This document shows positions 49,995-63,049 of a stretch of DNA of 64,000 nt, piece by piece. Position 1 is the stretch's first letter, and every line of letters starts with the position of its first letter. Under the pieces are notes generated by a model. It was not told the origin of the DNA and ran no database searches. It saw nothing but the letters and a program-made list of their open reading frames with translations. The stretch comes from Antedon mediterranea (taxonomy: Eukaryota > Animalia > Echinodermata), in assembly GCF_964355755.1 (NCBI RefSeq), contig NC_092673.1:9238001-9302000 (forward strand), written 5' to 3'. The position numbers were made by a program, and so were the translations under genes.

Positions 49995-51895
49995 CTTGAA
50001 CTACCATTTACCAAAATCCAGTGTTCTCTAAAAAATACGGCAGAAACAAGGCCACGCCAGAGAGGGCGCAATATTTGTACTGGTTCCCGGCATGATCTGC
50101 GCATGGCCAAAGAGACCGTTCATGGCAAATCACGAACGTGTTTTGACAAGTTTATCGCGCGTCCGCGGTGCATGACGACGATGATCAATGATTTTGTCCT
50201 AGGCTATGTTTCGTGTTCTTCTGCTGATGCGAAAACTCTAGGCCTATTCAAAGGTATTTAGCGATGGGCTTATATAGCCGGACTTATAGCATCCGATAGG
50301 CAGTTTGCTGCAGCACGTCGCTGAGGATATGCCCTACATATATTGCATTTTTCTTGAGGTATTGCTTGTACCATTTGTTCGTGGGTATTTGTTTTCCACT
50401 GTAATTTCGCGTCAAGTGGCGTTACTTTTGTGTTTGTAACTCCCGCAAACCGTCATATAAATCTGATTACAGTATTTATCGTGTGTGTGATGAAGAGGAA
50501 CGCGACAGCAGCAACTGTTGCCGTGTGTTTCGAGGAACGGGTGAGTGCCTAGCCCTGGGCCTAGGCGGTAGCCTACTAGTACTAGACTAGAGAAAGGCTT
50601 GGATGGGCAGGACTTAACGTCGAAGAAACCTAGTCTAGGCGGATCGTTTAGGCTAGGCTGTCTTTTCAATTCATTCATGGTAGTTTTTAACTTTTGTAGC
50701 CTAGGCTAGGCCTGGTTTAAATTAATGTTAAGCCTAGCTAGCTTATACTATAGTGTAGCCCTACTAGCTAGAAATAGAAGAGTGTAGCAGTAGGCTAGTA
50801 GTAAGCCTAGAATAGATAGTAAAATAGGCCTGGCCCTAGTAGTAGTAGTAGCAGGTAGCCTACTATACTACTACTACTAGGCCTAGTACTAGGCGGGATG
50901 AAGCAAGCAAGTAAATGCTAGCTAACATTCAATTATTAATCAATGTTATACATGTACATTTTAATTTATAAATACATTTTTACAATGTAAAAAACAGTAA
51001 AAATACTGATTACTAAAAAGTTTAACAATATTAATATTTATTTTAACTTGTTTCTTGAAAGAAAAATGTATATAAGTTAAATTTTAATATTAATGTACTA
51101 GATACTATATCTATTTATATCATAGAAGATTAATGTGACCATTGTAGCATCTCTTTTACTGTAAATAGTGTTATAACTACCTACTACTAGACCTATAAAA
51201 TAGATTGTGAAGTAATTATTGGTCGTGTTGTATTTAAAAAAAAAAAATTAATTATGGTATAATTAATATTCATATCATCATACTCGTTAGAACAAGTGCA
51301 TAGGTGTGTTATTTGTATACATGTTGCAGACTTCTATATAGAATATTTTATGATTTTTTTTCTTTTTACCATAGGGTAATACAAATCTACTGTACCAAAA
51401 CACTTTCCTGACCTTGATTGGACTTGCAGTTGATAATGCCGTAAGGACTTGTGATTTTACCCAAGAAATTTAAATACATTTTCAGGTAAATGGATTTATA
51501 ATATCAAAATGTCCTACAATAAAACCTGGTGAATAAGAATGTTTAGTTTTATTTATATGATATTAAGAGAAACTGTTGCTGATATAATACTTTTGTTTTT
51601 TGGTGCTCAATCTAGTTCCTGATTGACATTTAATATTTGTTTGTTCTTTTTAGAGTGTATGGTAGCTGAATTATTTTGTCTTCCATAGCTTGTTGGCTCC
51701 TTAACAAACTGCAGCATCTGTTGAAAACAAATTTGCAAAGATACAAAAATATCAAGGTGCAAGATGTTGTATATTTGTCTGTTACACTACAGTATTATTT
51801 AATCGGGTCAATTTATGTACAGTATCTTTTATTCACATATTATAAATATTAATATAACACACTATCAAGGAAAAATTATTATTATATATATTTTG

Positions 51896-54335
51896 GTTCC
51901 ATGTGATGAACACTAATAAAATCAAGCTTATTTGAGACGTAATTTCTGTGATTTTCCCTGAGAGCGTGTTTTTTAATTAAACAGAATTCAATTGCTTAAA
52001 TAGACTTGATTTTTCTTGTTTGAGTTTACGTTAGTTCCATGTGATGAACACTAATAATTTCATTCAATAAAATTAAATTTAAAGGTACAGTTACGTAATT
52101 TCTGTGATTTTCCTTGAGAGCGTGTTTATTTAATTAAACAGCATTCAATTGCTTAAATAGACCTGATTTTTTCTTGTTTGAGTTTACTTTAGTCCCATGT
52201 GATGAATACTAATAATTTCATTTAATAAAAATAAATTTAAAGGTACAGTTACGTAATTTATGTGATTTTTCTTGAGAGCGTGTTTTTTAATTAAACCACA
52301 TTCAATTGCTTAAATAGACCTGGTTTTTTCTTTTTTGAGTTTACTTTAGTTCTATGTGATGAACACTAATAATTTAATTCAATAAAAATAAATTTAAAGG
52401 TACAGTTACGTAATTTATGTGATTTTTCTTGAGAGCGTGTTTTTTAATTAAACAGCATTCAATTGCTTAAATAGACCTGATTTTTTCTTTTTTGAGTTTA
52501 CTTTAGTTCTATGTGATGAACACTAATAATTTAATTCAATAAAAATAAATTTAAAGGTACAGTTACGTAATTTCTGTGATTTTTCTTGAGAGCGTGTTTT
52601 TTAATTAAACAGCATTCAATTGCTTAAATCATGGAGAAATCAGTTATTTCTCCATGCTTAAATAGACCTGGTTTTTTCTTGTTTGAGTTTACTTTAGTTC
52701 TATGTGATGAACACTAATAATTTAATTCAATAAAAATAAATTTAAAGGTACAGTTACGTAATTTATGTGATTTTTCTTGAGAGCGTGTTTTTTAATTAAA
52801 CAGCATTCAATTGCTTAAATAGACCTGGTTTTTTCTTGTTTGAGTTTACTTTAGTTCTATGTGATGAACACTAATAATTTCATTCAATAAAAATAAATTT
52901 AAAGGTACAGTTACGTAGTTTCTGTGATTTTTCTTGAGAGCGTGTTTTTTAATTAAACAGCATTCAATTGCTAAAATAGACCTGATTTTTTTTCTTGTTT
53001 AAGTTTACTTTAGTTCCATGTGATGAACACTAATAATTTCATTCAATAAAATTAAATTTAAAGGTACAGTTACGTAATTTCTATGATTTTCCTTGAGAGC
53101 GTGTTTATTTAATTAAACAGCATTCAATTGCTTAAATAGACCTGATTTTTTCTTGTTTTAGTTTACTTTAGTTCCATGTGATGAACACTAATAATTTCAT
53201 TTAATAAAAATAAATTTAAAGGTACAGTTACGTAATTTATGTGATTTTTCTTGAGAGCGTGTTTTTTAATTAAACAGCATTCACTTGCTTAAATAGACCT
53301 GGTTTTTTCTTGTTTGAGTTTACTTTAGTTCTATGTGATGAACACTAATAATTTAATTCAATAAAAATAAATTTAAAGGTACATTTATGTGATTTTTCTT
53401 GAGAGCGTGTTTTTTAATTAAACAGCATTCAATTGCTTAAATAGACCTGGTTTTTTCTTGTTTGAGTTTAATTTATTTCTATGTGATGAACACTAATAAT
53501 TTAATTCAATAAAAATAAATTTAAAGGTACAGTTACGTAGTTTCTGTGATTTTTCTTGAGAGCGTGTTTTTTAATTAAACAGCATTCAATTGCTTAAATA
53601 GACCTGATTTTTTTCTTTTTTGAGTTTACTTTAATTCTATGTGATGAACACTAATAATTTAATTCAATAAAAATAAATTTAAAGGTACAGTTACGTAATT
53701 TATGTGATTTTTCTTGAAAGCGTGTTTTTTAATTAAACAGCATTCAATTGCTTAAATAGACCTGATTTTTTCTTTTTGGAGTTTACTTTAGTTCTATGTG
53801 ATGAACACTAATAATTTAATTCAATAAAAATAAATTTAAAGGTACAGTTACGTAATTTCTGTGATTTTTCTTGAGAGCGTGTTTTTTAATTAAACAGCAT
53901 TCAATTGCTTAAAATTAAATAGACCTGATTTTTTCTTGTTTAAGTTTACTTTAGTTCTATGTGATGAACACTAATAAATTAATTCAATAAAAATCAATTT
54001 AAAGATACAGTTACGTTGTTTCTGTGATTTTTCTTGAGAGCGTGTTTTTTAATTAAACAGCATTCAATTGCTTAAATAGACCTGATTTTTTCTTGTTTGA
54101 GTTTACTTTAGTTCCATGTGATGAACACTAATAATTTCATTTAATAAAAATAAATTTAAAGGTACAGCATTCAATTGCTTAAATAGACTTGATTTTATCT
54201 TGTTTGACTTTACTTTAGTTCTATGTGATGAACACTAATAAATTCATTCAATAAAAATAAATTTAAAGGTACAGTTATACAATTTCTGTGATTTTTCCCT
54301 GAGAGCGTGTTTTTTTTAGTTAAATAACATTCAAT
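51896..54335 (+). repeat. AT-rich ~157-bp satellite, ~15 copies
   Basis: ATGTGATGAA anchor at 52039, 52197, 52354, 52511 and onward. Confidence 0.97.
52630..52656. mobile_element. 27-bp palindromic insertion in one satellite unit, probable P-superfamily footprint
   Basis: CATGGAGAAAT-CAGTT-ATTTCTCCATG flanked by the 7-bp duplication CTTAAAT; sister units show the empty site. Confidence 0.75.
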
Positions 54336-55670
54336 TAAAATCCCCATTTTGTAACCACCATGAGTTCGGGTCCATTTAAACAAGCTGGGCAAGCTGTAAA
54401 TTGTATTAATCCACTATGTATGTATGCGTATTGTTTGTATTACATAATATGCAATAGTTTTGTAATTAATCGATACCATTAATTCCAACAAACAAATGGT
54501 AGGGCTACTTAAAATTATTTATGTGGTCCATAGTTACCAACCGTCTCGCATCGTTCGGGACGGTCCCGCATTTCAAGTGATTTTAATGAAACACGCGTTT
54601 AAACCTAAGTAGGCCTATATACGATGCGTTATCATTTTTTAACACAAGTTGAGAGGAAAATGCATTCAAATTAATTGGTATATTTTAAAAGTATAGAACA
54701 TTACACGAGTAGGCCTATTTATATTATTACATTATGACACATCAATAAAATACGTAATATCAGGGAAAGTTACAATTAATGTGTCCATGGTCGTTCGCCG
54801 TGACGAGGATGGGCCTATAACCACTTGACATTTGTCATAATCGCAATTACACATGACATGATTTTGTGTGCGTTTATAAAAGGTAAACCCAATTTTCTTG
54901 CTATTGGTTGGTGGATCAGTTCAATTTTCACCCTCCAAAAAATGTTTTCTAATAAAATAAATTCATGAATCAGCATGAAAAACGTTGAATTAACAAAAAA
55001 AAAGAGTAATATACAATCTAATAATATTTGCATCGTTTACCGTACCGGAATCAAGAGGTGCCATTCATCATGAATTTTACGTGCGAGAGTAATATTTCCG
55101 GCCATAGGAGAGTGCCAGTGAACTAAATTTGTTTTCGTCGCAAGTCGCCACGAGGGGGTGGGGGCTGTAAATACTTTGTGTCCGATCACGCATTTTAAAT
55201 CTCTCAGGTTGGTAAGTATGGTGGTCATCGTTAAATTGGCTGTTATTACAACAATTAAATACTTTTAAGTATTTAATTGTTGTATTAAAATAAGTACAAC
55301 AAAACAAACTCGCTTTAAAAATAACAAAAATTGCATATTTAACTTGGGACTTTTTTTATGTTTAATTTTAGGTTTGTTATATTGGAACAAAATTAGAGCA
55401 ATAAAAAGAGCATGTTAAAAAGATGAATCTGAAACTTAAATTGAATTAAAACCGATTTTCTTAATAATCATACTTAGAGATGCAAATCATCAAAATAATA
55501 TTTATATGAAATTTAAACACTTTAATAGCCTATGCATGTACGCCTGTGCCATGTTATGCTTTAAAAAAATTATCTAGTATAGTATGACCCGTGCCGGGTA
55601 TTTTCTTTTTAATACCGTCGATGGAAAATTGCCTTGATCATTTTGAATTTATATCTCCATATTTTGACCT

Positions 55671-58600
55671 CAGTGGTGGCGCCAGCGGGGGGGGGGGGGG
55701 GGGGGGGGTAAACAGTATGTGGTACGCATTTGTCTGGCGGTGTCTGTTTGTACGAATCTTTCACTCACTGCGGTATACGCGTCGACATATCTGGGCTGTA
55801 TCATATTACATCCAGGGACCAAAATATGTATTTTTCAGATTCCAGGCGAAAATCGAAAATTCATTTGCAACTACGCATCGACGTACGTTCATACAGGGAT
55901 AAAGGTACGAGTTATGTTCTCACGGTTGAGTTTACGAATTGTTTCAATTTACCAATAACCCTTGCGTATATGTTCGCTGTCGATTAAAGGGGTTTGGGTG
56001 GGGGTTCGATTGGGAAAAGGAAGCGGTTGGCCCGAACCATAAAACAGGGTCTGGTCACGTTTCTTTTCGCGCATAAATCTCGATCTAGGGTAGGTGGGTG
56101 AATAGGGTGGCTTACTTCTAAAGGGAAAAAAAAGATGCAACAAACCTGTGACCGTCGCTAGACGCGGATTCGGCGCACTTGACTCTTTTAATTAAGAAGA
56201 GTAGGCTAGAGCTATAGTTGTGTAAATAGGCCTACATAGTGAAAGAACTATTTATGAATTCAAGAGTTTAAAAAGAAAACGCAATTTAAAATCTTCGGAA
56301 AATACCCACAACTGAGTTATTTTCAAAACACATGCACTCCCACTACCAGCATCACGTTGTCTTAGCCAGCGTTGCCAGCGATAAAATTTAAATTATGCCG
56401 TATCCTGTCTCAAATAATGCCAGATTGGGAAAAATAATGCCAGATCCCCAAAATGTGGCCCTAAACAGCGCCACCAACGGTTGTATGTCTAATAAACGTT
56501 TGTAAAACCCCAACTGACACAAAATAGGGCCTAAAATTGTATCCCCATGTCATACAAAATTTATATTTTTAGTTTTGTGAGTAATAACTAATAATTCTAA
56601 ATATCTGGGGTGCGAAAATGGTAATTGCAAATGACACCAACACCAACCCCCACCCCCTCCCCCCAAAAAAACCTGTTACAGCCATGGAAATTTATAATTT
56701 TTGAGCTGAAATATGAGAGCTGCTCGATGGCCGGGATCTTTGCACTTAATTTCAAATATGAAAGGATCTTAGCCCACCATAATTAGAAAAGAAATAAAAA
56801 AAATTATTTTGAGTGTCTCCAGGACCTCAGCCCCACCATGGTTGATAAGAAAATTTGGAAAAATACAGCTACTCGATGGCCGGAAATGGCACTTAATTTA
56901 AAATATGAAATAAAAATATATTTATTAGTGTCTCCATGATCTTAGCCCACCATAGTTCGAAAATGGCAATTATAATTTAAAATAGGAAATCAAAATATAT
57001 ATTAATTGTGTCTCCAGGACCTCAGCCCCAACCATGGTGGGGCTGAGGTAAGAAAATTTGAAAAATATAGAGCTGCTCAATGGCCGGAAATGGCACTTAA
57101 TTTCAAATATAAAATAAAATATATTTATTAGTACCTCCAGGATCTTAGCCCATGATAGTTTTGAAAGTGCCAATTATAATTTAAAATAGGAAATAAAAAT
57201 ATATATTAAGTGTTTCCAGGACCTCAGCCCCACCATGGTTGGGGCTGAGGTAAAACAAATTGGAAAAATAGAGCTGCTAGATGGCCGGAAATTGCACTTA
57301 ATTTTAAATAACAATGTATAAGAGTCCCTAGGACCTCGCCCCATCATGGTCACTGAGAGGTGAAGAAAATTTGGAAATATAGGGTTGCTACGACGATGCA
57401 AATGGAACATAATTTGAAATATGGAAAACAAATTCTCTAGAAGAAATTCTTTTTAAAATTAGAGCTTCTAGTTATCGGAAATTGCCATTTTAAGGGTTGG
57501 GGTAGGGGTGTGGCCGCTTATAATTATGAACTGAAAAAACAAAACCCCTTTCATAATGTTTTCGTTCAATTGTCTCTACTGGGGATCCAATAACCTGCAT
57601 GGTCTCTGAAATAGAGCAACATAATTGGCCAATAGCTAGCCTCTTCGGATTTGTTGTGCTGCCTATATCGCACACACGGTAGTTTTTGAGCAGCCTTCCT
57701 ATCCGAAGAGTCGATTAAGTCCGAAACGAAATGATGGAAGAACTATTGTACGGAAAACCCGAACAGATCTGTTTTGTATGATATGATATTGTGTAAGGTG
57801 ATATGTATTAACAAAATATTTTATTTTTGTTCTGTGGTATTATTATTTTTTTGGTTGTTCAAAAAACACTAAATTATGCCAGATTATGCTAAAAACGGCT
57901 AAATAATGCCGCGGCATTATGCCAGATGCCGTGGGCCTCCAAATAATGCCAAAAAGCATAATAATGCCAGAAATGGCAACTATGGTCTTAGCTCGCTCCT
58001 CGTGTGAATGCTGACGTCATCACTCTCCAAAAATACACCATTTTCCGCCCTGGTCCGTGTGCAAGCGTTAGCGTGGACCTGTATATTTACACCCCTGTAC
58101 AGAGTAGAGTGTAATATCGTGAACTTTTTTCTCGCGTACGAAGGTTTTTTATATAATGGTATGCAGTATAAACGATAAAAAAAAAACGATAAACATGATG
58201 TTCTTTTATTATTATTTCATAGGCATAACATAAACATGAAATGTCTTGTTCTATGTACACGGCCGAAAAAACGGCATTTTATTGATTTGTGTTATAGACA
58301 CGGCGATTACGGCAATCATCATTGTATACGGTACTAAATTACATTGAGTTATTCACCCGGCTATAGGGTATATATCTGAGGTTAACAGACCACCAAAGCA
58401 CAGTCGTACACTAAACACATGCACTATTGAGGCATTTTTGGATCAAAGTTTATTATTAGTTCGTCGAAAAAGATCCGTATTAATTAGAGTATTTAGGAAA
58501 GATTTATTTAAATTTACATTATTATGTGACATTGTTATTAAATGTAAATGGAAACAGTTGCTCTAGCCCATTAAACAGTGTGTAAGCATCTATTTTTTCA

Positions 58601-58749
58601 AAATTTTCTGAGGCTCGGGAGGGGGAATACCCACTCCCAAACCCACCCCCGCTTTCGCGCGTACGGCACCCCGTAGGGGAATTCGGCCCCCCTGTCGGGG
58701 AATTCGGCCCCCCCCCCCTCCCGTCGGGGAAATCCTGGCGCCACCACTG
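55671..58749. mobile_element. hAT-like element (family D) with a nested hAT-like element
   Basis: TIR CAGTGGTGGCGCCAG / CTGGCGCCACCACTG; perfect 8-bp TSD TTTGACCT. Confidence 0.9.
56367..57984. mobile_element. Nested hAT-like MITE with internal tandem repeats
   Basis: TIR CAGCGTTGCCA / TGGCAACTATG; 8-bp TSD GTCTTAGC; subterminal ATAATGCC repeats; internal GGACCTCAGCCCCACCATGG repeats at 56700-57430. Confidence 0.85.
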
Positions 58750-59208
58750 TTTGACCTCGTGTTATTTCTTGTATACGGCAATTGAAATAAAACCTTAAAT
58801 CATACTTCAAAAATACACCGTAATTTATAAAAGTAGAAATGTGAAAGAAAACACGAGAGAGAAAAGAAAACAAACTTTACAGTAGGTTTCTACAATATAC
58901 AGCAAATAGTATCTTTGAATACAGTTAAAAATCCACGGAATAAAATATATAGAGGGCAGCAATCAGGAAATCGTTTGTATATACCTGCAGTTTTTCAATA
59001 TTTATTATAAATTTGACCGCAATTACCCACAGTAAAATGGAATAGCCCGTGCTATTCTTAAAAGGCAATACCTCAAGACAAATACAATATATGTATGCCT
59101 CACTCTCAGCGACGTGCTGCAGCAAACCGCAATTGTAGCATCCAGTATGCTAAAATACCTGCAAAATTTGGCGATAAATCGTGACATTTTGACACGGGTG
59201 GGCAGGCC

Positions 59209-59367
59209 GCGATTTTTTTTTTTCGTACATAAGTTGGGGACCCCTCATGAAACGTCACAAAATAAACATGAATAATTCATCAGTTAAATTTGTTATTCCG
59301 TGTGCACCCAAGCGTATAGCAACAAGAAGTGATTACATTACACGCACAACTGCGATACGATTCTTTC
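59209..59367 (+). mobile_element. Truncated end of the MULE-like MITE family seen at 63050
   Basis: Nearly identical to 63050-63195. Confidence 0.75.
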
Positions 59368-60224
59368 TGGGGTGTCACGAAACCTAAGACCCCCTAAGAC
59401 CTAAGATCACGAAAGCTAAGACCCAAGACCTAAGATTACAAATATTTATCTTTCGCACCTGCCTTGTATTTTAACTCCCAACATTTATTCTGAATACCAC
59501 ACCTTAGAATTGGCTCTTTCATGAAATAGACAAGTTCTATTTCCTCTGAAATATGGTGTAAGAAGCATTTTTGGGTAGAAGCTGGGATCCACTTGATTTA
59601 GGATATTTCGACCTCGCTGATTACGAATATGGCGGATCCCAAGCGAAATTCGGCCATCTAAGCCCTTAATTTGCATAATTAAAAATGGCGGCCATTTTTT
59701 ATAATTACCTTATATCTCGAGAACCACTAGTCACAGGTAATTAATTTTGGTGTCAAAATGTTTTAAATATATGTTTTTATATTCACTTTAATGACACATT
59801 TTCTCAAAAAATGGATGCAAGTCTTATTTCTGACATTTTGACCTTTGACCTTGATTTATCGTATCTCAGTAACCAATAATCGGAGAGACACGAAATAGGG
59901 CTCAAATTGTTCAGAAACTATACATTCATATTTATTATAATGCAATGTTTTTACAAAAAATGGCCGATTCTACAACTATTGACTTTTGAACTATTAGTCA
60001 AATATAATAATATAACTCTGAAAATGTTGGTCTTATGACATTTTTTTTGTTTAAAACATGTGTGTTTCTATCCAGTCTAATGGCACATTTTGTAGAAGAA
60101 TGGCCGATAGTATGGTTATTGACCTTTGAACTACAGCATAGGCCTACTGTATAATAAATATAATATAATTGCATAACTATGAAATTATTTATACACAATA
60201 ATAATTAGTAAAATTATAAAATTC

Positions 60225-60535
60225 ACTGCCATCAAATATGATGTATTATGATTTATATAGATTTAAAAAAAAAATGAACATGCAAGTTACATTTGGAAAT
60301 TACCTGCCATCAATATGATGGAGTATGATTATAGTTTTTTAAAGATGTGAACATGTCGGCAACATTTGGAAATTACCTGCCATCAATATGATGGATTATG
60401 ATTATAGATTTAAAAAAGAATTTGAACACGTCAGCTACATTTGGAAATTTAGAAATTACCTGCTATCAATATGATGGATTATGATTGTATAGGTTTGAAA
60501 GAAAATGTGAACGCGTAGCTACATTTGGAATGAAC
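60225..60535 (+). repeat. ~75-bp tandem repeat x4 (TGCCATCAATATGATGGATTATGATT...ACATTTGGAAATTACC)
   Basis: Seen directly; probably a subterminal region of a DNA transposon. Confidence 0.75.
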
Positions 60536-60584
60536 ATGTTAAGGGCATCAGTTTTGATCATTCATGCAAAGGTTTCCGTCATCT

Positions 60585-60585
<1 letters not shown>

Positions 60586-60630
<45 letters not shown>

Positions 60631-61430
60631 GTAACATTTATTTCTCTTCTTGTCATTCATAGAAAATAAAAATTAACAGTAAATATGATTAAAATAAAAG
60701 GGGCAGCATTCCTAAAAAGCGAAGCTTGTATAAGGCAGCCCATAGAAACTGAAAAAAAACAGGACAACACGGGAACCGGAAACAGGACAAAAACTGTAAT
60801 GAAGACTTTTAGTTTCAGGGTACCGAAAAGACTAAATATCAAAACTACAATGAGTGAAAGGATAATTAAACATAACTAGATAAGAGGTGCCGTTTCAATT
60901 TAAAAGAAAAACTCTTCTTAGACAAAGCACTTTTTATATTAACTGGTACGTTATCCCAGAGTTTAGGACCAGTGAACTTAATGCTATGTTTAAAAGAAGT
61001 AGTTTTTAAAAAAGGAATACGTATTTGATTTGCGCTCCGAGTACTGTGGTTATGAAAATTAAGATTGAAACTAAATAAATCATCAAAGTGTGATGGCAAG
61101 ATCGAGTTTAGCCATGAATAGAGGAAAACACTGTTGAAGATGGTTAATAGCCTGAATTTTAAGAAGACCAAATGAAGAAAATAAAGGATTGGAATGGGAT
61201 AAAGGAGGAGCATTTGCTATGTATCTTACGGTTTTCTTTTGGATCAATAACAGTTTGTTTAAGTAGGACGTGTATGTATTACCCCAAATAATATTACAGT
61301 AAGTGAGGTAAGGGAGGATTAGTGAACAGTAAAGAATCTGGAGTATGTTTTGAGGGATGAAAGACGATAATCTATATATGATACCAGAACTTTTAGATAT
61401 TTTGTTTTCGACTTTAGCGTTGTTACAGCA
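60586..61430 (-). mobile_element. LINE (CR1/L2-like) 3' remnant with a (TTGA)n tail
   Basis: HNHSTRSANQIRIP..FKHSIKFTGPKLWDNVP motif; (ATCA)n microsatellite at 60586-60628. Confidence 0.8.
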
Positions 61431-62801
61431 GCATAAAGCTGTACATGGTAGTTTTGACTTCTTGCACCTACATCTATATGGTTATGCATCGTGTCTTGCA
61501 TCCACAATAAATCATCTCTAACGAAGCAGTAGGAATTATAGCTTCATTTTTCAGAAGCACTGGTTGAAGTTTACCATTAGATAGCTCCCAACCAAAATCT
61601 GTTGGTAATAGCAAATGCTGGATTGGCGATACAGCTTTTTTCCATACGAGTGATTGGAAGTGTGCTCTTTTTATATGCTGGTGCACTGCATCGCTTGTTG
61701 GGGGTATGCCTCTGGTTTGTTTTTTTTAAAACATGGCATGCCTAACTTAAAACTGTCGATAAAGGACACCACCAGACAAAGATGAACCAAAACACAGCCA
61801 GCCAAATTGCTGGTCGAACTTTTTGGCATTACAAGAAAATAAAGCAGATCTGGCACGATTTCTATCAGAGGAGTTGATTCGTCAAGCTCCTATAGACAAA
61901 GAAATTGTCACAGCTGGTGGATTTATGGAAGAATCAGTTGTTAAATCATCAAAAGTCTACACGAATACGTTGTCTCTGGTACCAGATCATGGAGAACCGG
62001 ACACGCGACTTATGCTGCCAATGTCCGATACGACACAGTTGTAGTTGCTTAGGGATACAGACGTACTGTGATTCTAGTGTCTCACTACCAAAGCATGGTA
62101 TCCAAATGGATGATGACAGGGACATCCAAAAAAAGAAAGTATCTATAAAAGACATTTTTCAAGCCTTGCCGGATGGTTCTGCAAAAGCACTGATTCCATT
62201 CCACACTATTAGTGGATGCGATACTACCTCATATCCAGGGAAGAGTTAAATTACATTAATACATACATACAGTAATTTAACTCTTCCCTGCTCATATCTA
62301 AGTGGTCACTCAAAGGCATCGGCATGGGAAGTATTAAAAAAAAATTATGAACTAATTAAAGACATGGGAGAAAACCTATCAGTGACCAAGTTATTATGAA
62401 ATCGGAAAGATTCATTTGCTATGTTTACGGTGTTGGTCAAGTTAAAAGTACCAATGAAGTTAGGCATGCCATGTTTAAAAAAAACAAAAAAACCAGAGGC
62501 ATTACCTCCAACAAGCGATGCAGTGCACCAACATATAAAAAGAGTACACTTCCAAGCACTCGTATGGAAAAAAGCTGTATCGCCAATCCAGCATTTGCCA
62601 TCACCAACAGATTTTGGTTGGGACTTATCTAATGGTAAACTTCAACCAGTGCTTCTGAAAAATGAAGCTATTACTCCTTCGTTAGAGATGATTTATTGTG
62701 GACGCAAGACACGATGCATAACCAATAGATGTAGGTGCAAGAAGTCAAAACTACCATGTACAGCTTTATGCCTGTCCTTCGTCGAGTGCAGACGTGTTTG
62801 A
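61431..62801. pseudogene. Academ (AcademX)-type XPG-like nuclease / Cys-rich finger fragments, in both orientations
   Basis: ENKADLARFL, HGEPDTRL, FHTISGCDTTS, LPPTSDAVHQHIKRVHFQALVW, PTDFGW and CxCxxxCxxxxCxCxKxxLPCTxLC; 61431-61749 is an inverted copy of ~62457-62771. Confidence 0.7.
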
Positions 62802-63049
62802 GCGGAGCTCTCACACGTATACGTTTTTAGGTACAGTACTCGCTTACCTGTGATAGCATGTTGCAAGGATAAGCTACTAACTGCATGAGACCTGTATACC
62901 TACCTGGATAGTGAACGTATCGGTTGCATTAAATATAGGTACAATTTTGTTATTTATTCTAACTAAACATCTACAATGGCCAACGTGGAAAACAAAGAGC
63001 CAAATATTTCTAATTTAAATATTAGCGCCGCTGAACCGAACACCTGGCT

